Virus record (IMG/VR): IMGVR_UViG_3300033753_000202
Reading direction: 5' to 3' (one strand)
Origin: an uncultured virus (IMG/VR IMGVR_UViG_3300033753_000202)
Lineage: Duplodnaviria; Heunggongvirae; Uroviricota; Caudoviricetes
Length of the DNA stretch: 64,000 bases
Shown here: in pieces, positions 17,324 to 26,796 of the stretch
Layout: the number at the start of each line of letters is the position of its first letter
Position numbering within the stretch: position 1 is the first letter of the stretch
The notes under the pieces: model-generated
What the model saw: only the letters and a program-made list of their open reading frames with translations
Database searches by the model: none
What the model was told of the DNA's origin: nothing
Position numbers and translations under genes: made by a program

Positions 17324-19439
17324 AGCTCCTGCAGTCAACGAAACGGACTTCCGTTTCATTGAGTTGAACAACATGATCACTCAACGCGGCGCGGACGGGT
17401 TTTTTCAGCTCGATAAAGACCGCGAAGCGATGGAGGAGTATCTGCGTTATGTCGACGCAAAAACGGTCAAGTTCAACTCCGATTTCGAGCGCGTGGTGTG
17501 GTTGATCGAGAATGGGTATTACGAGGACATTCGGAAATACTACTCCGATCATTTCATCATTGAAGCTCTGCATCAAGCTCGCAGTATCGATTCGCGTTTC
17601 TGCTCCTTCACGCAGGTATCCAAGCTGTGGGAAGAGTATCTCCTGCGTTCGGATGATCGGCAGTGGTTCCTTGAGGATTACCATCTTCGGAACGCCATTA
17701 CTGCCCTTTCCATCGCTCGGGGTAACAAAGCTCGCGCGATGGAGTACATTCGCGAGATTGGTACTCGTCGTCTGCAACCTGCAACCCCGGCGTACTCGAA
17801 TTCGGGTAAGGCTAGGGGTGGTGAACGCGTTTCCTGTTTCTTGTTGACTTTCGATGACACAACCAACTCCATCGAGTACACGCTCGGTTGTATGGCTCAA
17901 CTTTCCCGTATTGGCGGTGGAGTAGCTTTCGACCTTTCGAACATTCGGGCTTCCGGCGATCCGGTAAACGGGCGTAAAGGCACAGCTAAAGGGGTAGTCG
18001 GACTCGCTAAACAAGCTGAGCAGAAGTTTTTCTATTACGACCAAGGCGGACTCCGCAAAGGAGCTGGAGCGGGGTACCTTAACTGCTTCCATTTGGACAT
18101 TATCCCGTTCCTTGATACGAAAAAGGTTACGGCTGACCAGAATGCTTTGCTTAAGCACCTCTCCATCGGGGTAATCATTCCGAAGAAGCTTTACGATCTG
18201 GCGGAAGCGAATCAAGAATTCTACGCTTTCAGTCCTTACGATATTCGCAAATATTACGGTATGCGCATGACGGACGTTGACTTTGATGTTTACTACGACA
18301 CCTTTGTCAACGACGAGCGCATTCGGAAGAAGAAAATTATGAATGCCCGCGATTTTCTTGTAAAGATCGCGCAAATTCAAATTCAGTCGGGGTACCCGTA
18401 TATTTTCAATATCACCAATGCGAACAAGCGTCATGCTCTGCATCGGGTTGGGCGTATCCTTATGACCAATCTCTGCACCGAGATCATGCAGTTGCAAGAA
18501 GTGTCGGAAATCACCGATTATAACGTCGAGGACATCATTCGTCGTGATATTTCTTGCGTCCTTGCGTCGCTCAACATCACCAATGTCATGGAATCCAAGT
18601 CGTTGGCGGATACGGTGCGCGTTGCTATGTTCCTGCTTTCGGACGTATCTGATGCGTCGGATATTGTTAACGCTCCGGGGGTACGCAAAGCCAATCGTGA
18701 ACTGCATTCGGTCGGTTTGGGTGCGATGGACTTGCATGGGTTCTTGGCGAAGAATCATATCGCTTACGAATCCTTTGAGGCGTTGGATTTCGCTCGTACC
18801 TTCTTCATGATGATGAACTATTATTCGCTCGACGCGTCGTCTGACGTCGCTAAGGATCGGGGTAAATCCTTCGATGGTTTCGAGCTTTCCACGTATTATA
18901 CGGGCGAGTACTTCGAGAAATATTTCATCAATGACTATCGCCCGAAGACGGAAAAGGTTGCCAAGCTTTTCGAAGGTATGCATATCCCGACGCCGGAGGA
19001 TTGGAAGAAGCTGGCGCAGAAGGTTAAAATGCAAGGGCTGTACAACGCTTACCGTTTGGCTATCGCACCGACGCAGTCCATTTCGTATGTGCAAAACGCA
19101 ACGAGTTCGGTCATGCCGATTCAGGAAGTAATCACCAAGCGTTCGTATGCCAAGTCCACGACGTATTATCCGGCTCCGCATCTTACGCCGCAAAATCAAT
19201 TCTACTTCAAGTCGGCGTACAATATGGACATGCGGAAACTGCTTGATCTTATCGCGGTTATTCAAGAACACGTGGATCAAGGGGTCAGCACGACATTGTA
19301 TGTTCCGCAGGATATTAGCACGGCGGAGTTGGCAAGCTATTATGTTTATGCTAACAAGCTCGGTTTGAAGTCTTTGTATTACACTCGGAATCGGCGTAAG
19401 AACATTGAAGATGAGCTTTGCGTCAGTTGCGCTGTCTAA
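17304..19439 (+). CDS. nrdE: Class Ib ribonucleotide reductase alpha subunit
   Basis: RBS AAGGAGG then TTG 17304; QPATP, VSCFL, GGGV, TNLCTE, AIAPTQSIS, DQGVS, KSLYY and C-terminal CVSC; no ATP cone. Confidence 0.95.
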   Translation: MSSQISEAPAVNETDFRFIELNNMITQRGADGFFQLDKDREAMEEYLRYVDAKTVKFNSDFERVVWLIENGYYEDIRKYYSDHFIIEALHQARSIDSRFCSFTQVSKLWEEYLLRSDDRQWFLEDYHLRNAITALSIARGNKARAMEYIREIGTRRLQPATPAYSNSGKARGGERVSCFLLTFDDTTNSIEYTLGCMAQLSRIGGGVAFDLSNIRASGDPVNGRKGTAKGVVGLAKQAEQKFFYYDQGGLRKGAGAGYLNCFHLDIIPFLDTKKVTADQNALLKHLSIGVIIPKKLYDLAEANQEFYAFSPYDIRKYYGMRMTDVDFDVYYDTFVNDERIRKKKIMNARDFLVKIAQIQIQSGYPYIFNITNANKRHALHRVGRILMTNLCTEIMQLQEVSEITDYNVEDIIRRDISCVLASLNITNVMESKSLADTVRVAMFLLSDVSDASDIVNAPGVRKANRELHSVGLGAMDLHGFLAKNHIAYESFEALDFARTFFMMMNYYSLDASSDVAKDRGKSFDGFELSTYYTGEYFEKYFINDYRPKTEKVAKLFEGMHIPTPEDWKKLAQKVKMQGLYNAYRLAIAPTQSISYVQNATSSVMPIQEVITKRSYAKSTTYYPAPHLTPQNQFYFKSAYNMDMRKLLDLIAVIQEHVDQGVSTTLYVPQDISTAELASYYVYANKLGLKSLYYTRNRRKNIEDELCVSCAV

Positions 19440-19459
19440 TGGTGAGGGGGTATTGAATC

Positions 19460-20557
19460 TTGGAACTGATCACGCAAGAAGAGTTAGTGCGTCGTCAAAT
19501 CACCAACACTTATTTCAAGGCGGTTAACTGGAATAAGCCAGACGACGGTTTCACGTTGGATATTTGGTTGCAGAACATCGCACAGTTTTGGGTGTCTCGG
19601 GAGTTCCCGGTGTTGGAGGATAAGCTCGTTTGGGCGGATTTAACTCCGGCTCAGCGGACGGCGTATTCGCAGGTCTTGGTTGGGCTGACCGGGCTTGACA
19701 CTAAACAAATGAACAGTGGCATGCCCGCTGTCGGCTTCGTGACGGAGAGCGATCAGCGTAAGACGCTCATTTCCTTCATGGGTGCGATGGAGGGTATCCA
19801 TGCGGAGTCGTATAGCGCTATTTTCAACACTCTGCTTACTTCGGATGAAATTTCGGCTCTGCACGAGTGGGGTGAAAATCAGCCGAACCTTAACTACAAG
19901 GTTCAACGCATTAACCAGTATTATATGCGTGGACTCATCAATAAGGTCAACGGCACTTTGACGCCCCGCGATCATTTCCTGACGTTGGCGGCTTCGGTTC
20001 TCTTGGAGAGCTACCTGTTCTACAGCGGTTTCTTCTATCCACTGTACCTTTCCGGTAAGAGTATGATGACTGCCAGCGGTGAAATCATTGAACTGATCCT
20101 TCGGGACGAAAGCCTTCACGGTCTGTACACGGGGGTACTCGCACAGGAAGTTCTCGCTTCGATGTCCGATTCTGAGCGGGAGGCGACGCTGAACGAGTTC
20201 CATGAACTGTTCCACGATCTGCATCGGAATGAGATTGAGTACACCCAGCGCGTTTACGACCCGATTGGGCTTACGGACGAAGTGGTCAAGTACGTCGAGT
20301 ACAATGCTGACCGTGCGCACAGTCTGCTCGGGATCGAAGCTCCGTTCAATATCGATGCCGCGCAGGTCAACCCGATCATTCTCAATGGCATCTCGACGCA
20401 AACGAAGGATCACGACTTCTTCTCGATGCGGGGTAACGGCTATATGATCTCGGTCAATGTGCAACGGCTGGAGGATGAGCATTTCGTTGTTGAGCCGCCG
20501 CGTCACTTCGATGATATCACCGAAATGGAGTTGGCGGCACGGCGTTCGGCTTCCTGA
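19460..20557 (+). CDS. nrdF: Class Ib ribonucleotide reductase beta subunit
   Basis: KAVNWN, LTGLDTKQ, EGIHAESY, LESYLFYSGF, RDESLHG and HDFFS; metal ligands and radical Tyr intact. Confidence 0.95.
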   Translation: MELITQEELVRRQITNTYFKAVNWNKPDDGFTLDIWLQNIAQFWVSREFPVLEDKLVWADLTPAQRTAYSQVLVGLTGLDTKQMNSGMPAVGFVTESDQRKTLISFMGAMEGIHAESYSAIFNTLLTSDEISALHEWGENQPNLNYKVQRINQYYMRGLINKVNGTLTPRDHFLTLAASVLLESYLFYSGFFYPLYLSGKSMMTASGEIIELILRDESLHGLYTGVLAQEVLASMSDSEREATLNEFHELFHDLHRNEIEYTQRVYDPIGLTDEVVKYVEYNADRAHSLLGIEAPFNIDAAQVNPIILNGISTQTKDHDFFSMRGNGYMISVNVQRLEDEHFVVEPPRHFDDITEMELAARRSAS

Positions 20558-20815
20558 TCGGGTCTGATTGATCCGAGGTTGAAAATTCGGACTTTATATT
20601 TGACGGTTGGTTTCTTCTTCGATGGAGGAAACCAACCGTCTTTATTTTTGCTTTCGTCGCATGATTTTGAGTTTGGGGTACTGGCTTTCGGGAAACATTT
20701 CTCGAAGAAAAAGAAACAACTTTTTCGAGAAAGGATGTTTAACTTGCTTCTCAAGTGGATAACCTTAAGCTAGGTCGGTAAGGTTTAGAGTTCATGAAAA
20801 GGAGTGTAGACCGCT

Positions 20816-21631
20816 ATGGCTATTGTAAGAGACCGAGTTGCCAATTACGAGGAGGTAATTTCGATGGTTAACGGTAACGGTAACTTTACTTCTTCTGTAT
20901 CTGATGAAACGCCCGAGGTTTCTGCAGTTTCTGCGGAGGAAAAATCCACGGGGCGCACGGAGGCTAACGAGTATCTGGCGAATTATGGTTACCATCTGCT
21001 CCAGCAAGAGGAGAATGTTGAGGAGCTTGGTAAGGACTCCGGCACCTTGCATTTTGTTACTCTGCTTGGTTTGGCTTCGAAGCCGACAGTGCGGAAGATT
21101 AACGGACGTAACGTCACTTGCCCCACTACTATCGGGGTAACACTGGTGTCTGACAAGCAAATTGAAGTTCCGGTGATTGACCCTCGCAAGAATAAAGACA
21201 CGGGAATCAATCCGGAACGCGATATTTCCTATCGCACTGTACCGGCTGGTGAGGAGTTCCATCTCAATATGTACGAATTGATGTACCTCATCATTCGGAA
21301 TGAGTATGGTGGTTTCCTCAGCTATAAAGGAGATCCCAAGGGGGTATATTTTGCGCCCAAGGTGGCGAAGTTCCATCGTGGTGAATCGAAGATGCCGACT
21401 CCGGTGCTTGCATTCAAACCTGCTTATGGTGCGATCAAAGACGTCATGATTCCGATTGATGAGAAGGTCAACGGTGAATGGCGTATTAAGGATAAGTATC
21501 GTAAGGAGTTTGGCGCTTTGGAGAAGGAAATGAAATCTCGCCGCAGTGCGATTCGACATATTCCTAATCAGACAGCCATCGCGGTGGCTCTGCAAGAGCG
21601 TCTGCTCGGTGGACGTCAGAAGAGCCATTAA
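20816..21631 (+). CDS. Hypothetical protein; paralog of 15041..15814
   Basis: RBS AAAGGAG; aligned blocks LG.KS/DS.TL.F...LG, TGINPE.DI, AGEEF, PKGV.F.P, PTP.L. Confidence 0.85.
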   Translation: MAIVRDRVANYEEVISMVNGNGNFTSSVSDETPEVSAVSAEEKSTGRTEANEYLANYGYHLLQQEENVEELGKDSGTLHFVTLLGLASKPTVRKINGRNVTCPTTIGVTLVSDKQIEVPVIDPRKNKDTGINPERDISYRTVPAGEEFHLNMYELMYLIIRNEYGGFLSYKGDPKGVYFAPKVAKFHRGESKMPTPVLAFKPAYGAIKDVMIPIDEKVNGEWRIKDKYRKEFGALEKEMKSRRSAIRHIPNQTAIAVALQERLLGGRQKSH

Positions 21632-21649
21632 TAACAGTGTCCATAGCTC

Positions 21650-21678
21650 AAGGACGGGTATCCGTCCTTTTCTTTTTT
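21650..21678 (+). terminator. Intrinsic terminator
   Basis: AAGGACGG-GTAT-CCGTCCTT followed by TTCTTTTTT. Confidence 0.85.
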
Positions 21679-21753
21679 GGAGTTTTCGCCGGACGCCAGT
21701 TATATGGTATAGTTTAATGACCATTTACGGGGTATTTTTTGGAGGTGTCCTTT

Positions 21754-23214
21754 TTGGCGGAACTTACGTTGCCATTTCATAGAAAATATCGTCCTCGGAC
21801 TTTGGCGGAGTATGTAGGGAATGACCGTGTTAAGGAGCGCAGTTTGAATGCGGTTTCGGCATCGGTGCGTCCGCAGGTACTACTGTATACCGGACCCGCA
21901 GGTTGCGGTAAGACTACGATGGCGCGTCTTATGGCGAAGGAATATGTTTGTGAAAACCGCGATCCGGTTAAAGGGTCTTGCGGCGAGTGTTATTACTGCC
22001 GGGAGATGGATTACTTTATCGAAACTGGGGATGCGGGTAACCTCATGAACGTGCAGGAAATCGACGTTACTGATAGCAACAAGCGTCAAGATATTGACCG
22101 TTTGCTTGAGGATGCGTCTCAGCCCGATTTGGCGGGGAACTGGAAGGTCTATATTCTTGACGAGTGTCATATGATGACAGCAACTGCGCAGAACCGTTTG
22201 CTTAAGAACCTTGAAGAGCCTGCGGAAAAGGTACTTATGATCCTTTGTACCACGAACCCGGAGAAGCTCTTGGACACGATTCTCTCCCGCTGTCAGTACA
22301 CATTCAAGGTCAAAAAGCCGGAGTTGCAGGATCTCATGGGGTTGTTGATTCGCGTCTGCAAAACAGAAGGTGTGGAATTTGACACAAAAGCCCTCAATCT
22401 GGTTTGTATCGCCGGGGATTTTGTACCACGTAAGGTACTGACTTCCTTGGAGCGGGTTGTACGTCAAGCGGGAAAGGTGACGTACTCTGTTACGCGGGAA
22501 GTCCTTGATATGACGTCGACAAAGTACTTTTTTGACTTCTATAAGTACTTGTTGGCACCTCAAATTGACATAAAGGGGTATATCACCTTCATCGCTAGCA
22601 TCAAGGCGACAATGGATTTGGGGCAGTTTGTGGATGACCTTCTCGCTTTCACCATGCGTGGTTTGTATATTTACAGTGGGGTAAATACCGAGTCATTGGA
22701 CGAGTCGGAAATTGAGAATTACGTTAAGCTCTTTTCACAGTTCTCGACTGCTGATTTGGGAAATACTCTTGCAACTTTGCTGGATATTAAGTTTACTGGG
22801 GATCACGAAGTGCGTCTTATCCTTTTGGGTTATATGGGGCTTCGTGCAACGGTAGAGCCTGAGCTGTCGATGTCTCCCCAACCCGTTAAGGATGGTGGGA
22901 CTACTCTGCAAAAGCGCACTCGTCAGCGTTCGGAGCAAGCAAAAAATATGGCGAAAATGATTTTGGAGAATGTCACTCCGGGTGAAGAGCAGACTTACGG
23001 TGAGCGTCTACACCAGCTTAGGACAACTATGTCGCAAGCGGAGTTCGAACAGTTCATTAAGCAGGGAACTCAACTTGTTGGTGGTGATCAGCTTGCGGAT
23101 ACCTTCCAAGGTATGAAGGTTGACCCTACTCGTCAAGTTCCTAACCAATCGGCACCTTCGGTTCGTGATGAGCGGCTTGAAAGGTCTGGATTTTCGGGCT
23201 TCCCCGGTGTTTAA
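21754..23214 (+). CDS. dnaX: DNA polymerase III gamma/tau-like clamp-loader ATPase
   Basis: RKYRP, Walker A GPAGCGKTT, zinc module C...CGECYYC, ILDECHM, NRLLKNLEEP, TILSRC; RBS GGAGGTG then TTG 21754. Confidence 0.9.
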   Translation: MAELTLPFHRKYRPRTLAEYVGNDRVKERSLNAVSASVRPQVLLYTGPAGCGKTTMARLMAKEYVCENRDPVKGSCGECYYCREMDYFIETGDAGNLMNVQEIDVTDSNKRQDIDRLLEDASQPDLAGNWKVYILDECHMMTATAQNRLLKNLEEPAEKVLMILCTTNPEKLLDTILSRCQYTFKVKKPELQDLMGLLIRVCKTEGVEFDTKALNLVCIAGDFVPRKVLTSLERVVRQAGKVTYSVTREVLDMTSTKYFFDFYKYLLAPQIDIKGYITFIASIKATMDLGQFVDDLLAFTMRGLYIYSGVNTESLDESEIENYVKLFSQFSTADLGNTLATLLDIKFTGDHEVRLILLGYMGLRATVEPELSMSPQPVKDGGTTLQKRTRQRSEQAKNMAKMILENVTPGEEQTYGERLHQLRTTMSQAEFEQFIKQGTQLVGGDQLADTFQGMKVDPTRQVPNQSAPSVRDERLERSGFSGFPGV

Positions 23215-23355
23215 GCGATTTTAACTGTGGGAATCAGCGCTTCTTGTAACGATATAAGATAATTTCGTTGTTCTTACGGCATAAACCCAAATTTCGTGGC
23301 ATCTTGTAGAATGAAGTCTATATTACCTCACCAAGGTGCATAGGGGGTATTGTGA

Positions 23356-24252
23356 ATGACGGCATTCTCGCCAAGAGTGTTACGGAATTTGGGTCTTTTT
23401 ATGACCGCTTTGCTTCTGGCACTGTCTTTTATGACTATGACCGCGCATGCAACTGATCTGAACGGAATCGGGGCTGATCCTACTCCCGCTCCGCAACAGC
23501 AACCTGCGCAAACGCCTCAGCAAGCTCCGGTACAACAACCGCAACAATCTACTGTGACTCCAACTGCTCCGAGTCAGGTTGAGCAGTCGCAGGGAAGTAA
23601 CGATCCGGCGCAGTCGGTTCGAGACCTGTTCAATACGACGGTCTTGACTGACGAGGATATTGAAAAGAGTCGTAGTTTCGTTGAACCGGGCGCTCGGGTG
23701 ATCAATCGAATCACGTTGGCGATTTTCGCTATTTTGGGTTCGGTTTTGACCCTGATCTTTGCGTTGGATATGCTGTATTTGGCGGTTCCGTTCATTCGTC
23801 CGCTTTTGGTACGCGGTCAGCAACAGGCGAATAGCGGCATGGGCGGTATGGGAATGGGCTACGGTGGTGGTTATCATGGCGGCTATAGCGGTTATGGTGG
23901 AGGAGTGCAGTCTTCGGGCGGGCGTTCGTGGCAGTTGGTGTCGGATGAAGCCCTGCATGTCCTGCAGGAGTACCAGCAGTCGCAACAAGGGGCTGGTGGC
24001 GGCGCGATAGGCGGCATGGGTATGGGTTATGGCGGCGGTTATGGGGGTAGTTTTGGAGGCGGAGCCGCTGGCGGTCAGCAACCTTCCATGACTTCTCGCA
24101 TGATGATGGTCAATTACATGAAGCGTCGCGTGATCTTCCTTGTTTGCTTGGGGATGTCGCTGGTGTTATTCATGAGTACGTTGTTCACCGATATCGGTAT
24201 TTACTTCGGTGAGTGGGTCATGGATAAGCTCTCCGGCATGATCAGACTGTGA
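23356..24252 (+). CDS. Signal-peptide membrane protein with Gly/Tyr/Met-rich loops; paralog of 25755..26693 (pilin-like candidate)
   Basis: Signal peptide (AHA cleavage site), PQ linker, TM + DMLYLAVPFIR, LVSDEA, YMKRR + TM. Confidence 0.8.
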   Translation: MTAFSPRVLRNLGLFMTALLLALSFMTMTAHATDLNGIGADPTPAPQQQPAQTPQQAPVQQPQQSTVTPTAPSQVEQSQGSNDPAQSVRDLFNTTVLTDEDIEKSRSFVEPGARVINRITLAIFAILGSVLTLIFALDMLYLAVPFIRPLLVRGQQQANSGMGGMGMGYGGGYHGGYSGYGGGVQSSGGRSWQLVSDEALHVLQEYQQSQQGAGGGAIGGMGMGYGGGYGGSFGGGAAGGQQPSMTSRMMMVNYMKRRVIFLVCLGMSLVLFMSTLFTDIGIYFGEWVMDKLSGMIRL

Positions 24253-24267
24253 TGAGGGGTACTGGTT

Positions 24268-24552
24268 ATGTTTAAGAACTTGAATACGGTTAAGTATTGG
24301 AGGAGTCGCAAGGAAGCCAAACTTGCGGAAAAAGCCAAGGGTAATAAGTTGGTGGAGTACCGCTTGAAATTGGAACTACAGCAACTCCTTAACCAGTACC
24401 TTTCCTCCTATGATCGCATTATGTTGGAAGTTTCGCCAAAAGTTTTGACTGAATTCACGAACGTGATCGCGGATGAAGCCTTTAGCTGGTTGGTGGTCAC
24501 GCAAGTGGATGCGAATAAGTACGTCTTCGCGGAACGTGAAGTCGCTATTTAG
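24268..24552 (+). CDS. Hypothetical protein
   Basis: RBS GAGGGG; 94 aa; operonic spacing. Confidence 0.75.
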   Translation: MFKNLNTVKYWRSRKEAKLAEKAKGNKLVEYRLKLELQQLLNQYLSSYDRIMLEVSPKVLTEFTNVIADEAFSWLVVTQVDANKYVFAEREVAI

Positions 24553-24568
24553 TAAGTGAGGTGTAGTC

Positions 24569-25003
24569 ATGGGTCTGCATATGAAGCGCAACATTAGTAA
24601 CCGCGCTCGTCGCATCGCTAAACAGTTGCGGGTGTCGTACACATTGGTTGAGGAAATTTTGAAAGCAGACAATCGGATGCTTCGACAGGACTTGGAGGCG
24701 GGCGAACGGGTGGTTATTGATGGTCTTACGACTATCACACCTTATCGGGACTCTATTACCGGGATGATTTATCCTCGAGGTCGGGTTTCTTCGGCGTTGC
24801 GGGAGCGTTTGAAGGTTATTCCGGCTCCCGCGCATTTGCGGACATTCGACATGTCGCGTATGGTTGCCCCGGATGATGAAGAGGACGATGATCTGGACTT
24901 GGTTGTGGAAGGTTCGGATGCTGGCAACTCGGGAAATTCAGGGGGCACTTCTTCTGTCGACAGCGATAGTCTCGCAGAGGTGGAAATTGACGAAGATTTG
25001 TAG
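24569..25003 (+). CDS. HU/IHF-like DNA-binding protein with acidic tail
   Basis: RRIAKQLRVSYTLVEEILK...LEAGERVVIDGLTTI matches the HU helix-helix-strand pattern; ...SALRERL end; D/E-rich extension. Confidence 0.6.
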   Translation: MGLHMKRNISNRARRIAKQLRVSYTLVEEILKADNRMLRQDLEAGERVVIDGLTTITPYRDSITGMIYPRGRVSSALRERLKVIPAPAHLRTFDMSRMVAPDDEEDDDLDLVVEGSDAGNSGNSGGTSSVDSDSLAEVEIDEDL

Positions 25004-25059
25004 GTTAGTTATAATGCATACGGGGTACACTAAGATGCTGGCTTGAAGGGGGTGTTTAT

Positions 25060-25710
25060 TTGTTAGGTAAAACACATCGTGCGGGCGGAGTTGCCTTTAT
25101 GATGGTTGGTTTTGAATATATGCGAATGAAGGGGATGTTGACCCCGGAAATTCATCCACTTCTCCAGTTGTCGATTATGTACCCTGTCTCTCAATGGGCA
25201 TCTACTTTACCCGATTTGGATCATCACTGGGAGAGTGTTGGGGCGAAAACGCCCGTTAATAAAATTGTGCATTTCCTGTTGCATTTAACCCGCCCGAAAC
25301 ATCGAAGTTGGCAAACGCACTCCTTGTTGGTCACTGGGGGTTTTATCTTTCTTCTGCATACCTTGATCTTATACTGGGAGCAGGTCTTTGGTTTTGCGGC
25401 GTTCAATAGTATAGAAGGTTTGATTATACGAATGTTATTAGTGGGTTTTGAGCTTGGTCTTGCGAGTCACTTGGCACTTGATGCGTTGAATCCGAAGGGA
25501 ATTCATTTGTACCCCGGTTTTAAGATTCGACTTGTACCTAAGACTAGCTTCTTTGCAACAGGCGGACCTTGGGAAACATTCATGTTCTACTTGTGTAACA
25601 TTATCAGCGCACTGGCGGCGATCAACCTACTTTTAAGTTTCTTTGATCATACTTTGTTCAGTTTATGGGACTTAATTGTAAGTTGGGTCACCAGTAGATT
25701 TGGTTTTTAG
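25060..25710 (+). CDS. YdjM-family membrane metal-dependent hydrolase
   Basis: GKTH, LPDLDH, HRSWQTHS, SHLALDALNPKG motifs with TM helices. Confidence 0.85.
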   Translation: MLGKTHRAGGVAFMMVGFEYMRMKGMLTPEIHPLLQLSIMYPVSQWASTLPDLDHHWESVGAKTPVNKIVHFLLHLTRPKHRSWQTHSLLVTGGFIFLLHTLILYWEQVFGFAAFNSIEGLIIRMLLVGFELGLASHLALDALNPKGIHLYPGFKIRLVPKTSFFATGGPWETFMFYLCNIISALAAINLLLSFFDHTLFSLWDLIVSWVTSRFGF

Positions 25711-25754
25711 TTTGACTGTAAGAAAAAGTCGGAAACTTCTGGGAGGGAGAACCA

Positions 25755-26693
25755 ATGGAGCAAGCTATTTATCGAAAGGGGTACGGTCGGTGGGTCTTGT
25801 CGCTTCTTTTGGCGATGGTACTGGCGTTGTCTTTGCTTCCGACGCTGGCTTTTGCCGATGAGAAGCCCAAGGAAACCTCAATTCCGGCGACTGATCAGAC
25901 GGCGATGGGTTGGTACTTCGCTGTTCTGGAGGAAAAAGGTATCGCACAAAAGGATACCACATCAGCGGGGACGGGGTACGTCATTAAAGGGAAGTCCAAA
26001 AACAGTTCGATTCATAAGGGTGAAGAGGTAGTTGTTATTACGGCAGTGGGTACTGCTTCGACCGCTCCGGGTACGACTAAGCCTTCTTATAACATTAACA
26101 AGATCCAGTTCCATCCGGAGAACTTCAAAACTTTGCGGGATGAGGATCAGCGGAATATCACTGCCGAGTTCATCAAAAACCTGCAGAACTCGGATGTATC
26201 GAAGCAAACTCAGCAAAAGCTGTTCGACGACATGAATAATGCCAGCCCGGAAATTTCTCGTTTGATCATTCCGATGCTGATGGATGCAAGCTCGGCTGAC
26301 GTTTATGGTGCGATGCGCGTGGTTTCTCCGTTCCTTCCGCTCTTGCGAGTGATTTTGGGTATTATCGCTATCGGTGTTGTATTCTCGCTTGGTTTCTTTA
26401 CGGCGATGGACTTGTTCTTCATCGGTATTCCGTTTTTCCGCGATAAGATGCAAAGCAAGGGTGATGAACGGGGCGGCAAAATTCCGTTTGTTTCTTATGA
26501 CGCGGTATCGGTCGTCAATGAAACGGAGTCAGGAACAGGTGATGGGGGTTATAAGAACCCGGTTATCATGTACTTCAAGCGTCGGGCGCTTACGATTATC
26601 GCAGTTGGGGTCTGCTTGGTGTACTTGGTCTTCGGTGGACTCGGCGCACTGTTCTCGGGCTTCATGAGTTTGTTCAGCGGCTTCACTCTGTAA
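25755..26693 (+). CDS. Signal-peptide membrane protein; paralog of 23356..24252
   Basis: Signal peptide (AFA), TM + DLFFIGIPFFR, FVSYDA, YFKRR + TM. Confidence 0.8.
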   Translation: MEQAIYRKGYGRWVLSLLLAMVLALSLLPTLAFADEKPKETSIPATDQTAMGWYFAVLEEKGIAQKDTTSAGTGYVIKGKSKNSSIHKGEEVVVITAVGTASTAPGTTKPSYNINKIQFHPENFKTLRDEDQRNITAEFIKNLQNSDVSKQTQQKLFDDMNNASPEISRLIIPMLMDASSADVYGAMRVVSPFLPLLRVILGIIAIGVVFSLGFFTAMDLFFIGIPFFRDKMQSKGDERGGKIPFVSYDAVSVVNETESGTGDGGYKNPVIMYFKRRALTIIAVGVCLVYLVFGGLGALFSGFMSLFSGFTL

Positions 26694-26705
26694 TTCCTGT
26701 ACTTC

Positions 26706-26728
26706 AAAGGACGCGAAAGCGTCCTTTT
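26706..26728 (+). terminator. Intrinsic terminator
   Basis: AAAGGACGC-GAAA-GCGTCCTTTT. Confidence 0.85.
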
Positions 26729-26796
26729 CTATTTATATGAGGTTGTTTGAACTCTATGGACTTTGACATAATTTGGGGTATGGAGGGGAGTAATGT

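Noticed and set aside
17073..19280. 735-aa minus-strand ORF (and similar long antisense ORFs at 3680, 6951, 8819, 27136, 50130, 57639, 61173)
   Set aside because: They mirror well-supported + strand genes, show no protein motifs, and are expected shadows of biased codon usage.
19460..20557. Metal-free class Ie RNR beta subunit
   Set aside because: All canonical carboxylate/His ligands are present, so it is ordinary class Ib.
1108..20557. Introns or inteins in thyA, nrdE and nrdF
   Set aside because: ORFs are continuous and of normal length, with no splicing or endonuclease motifs.
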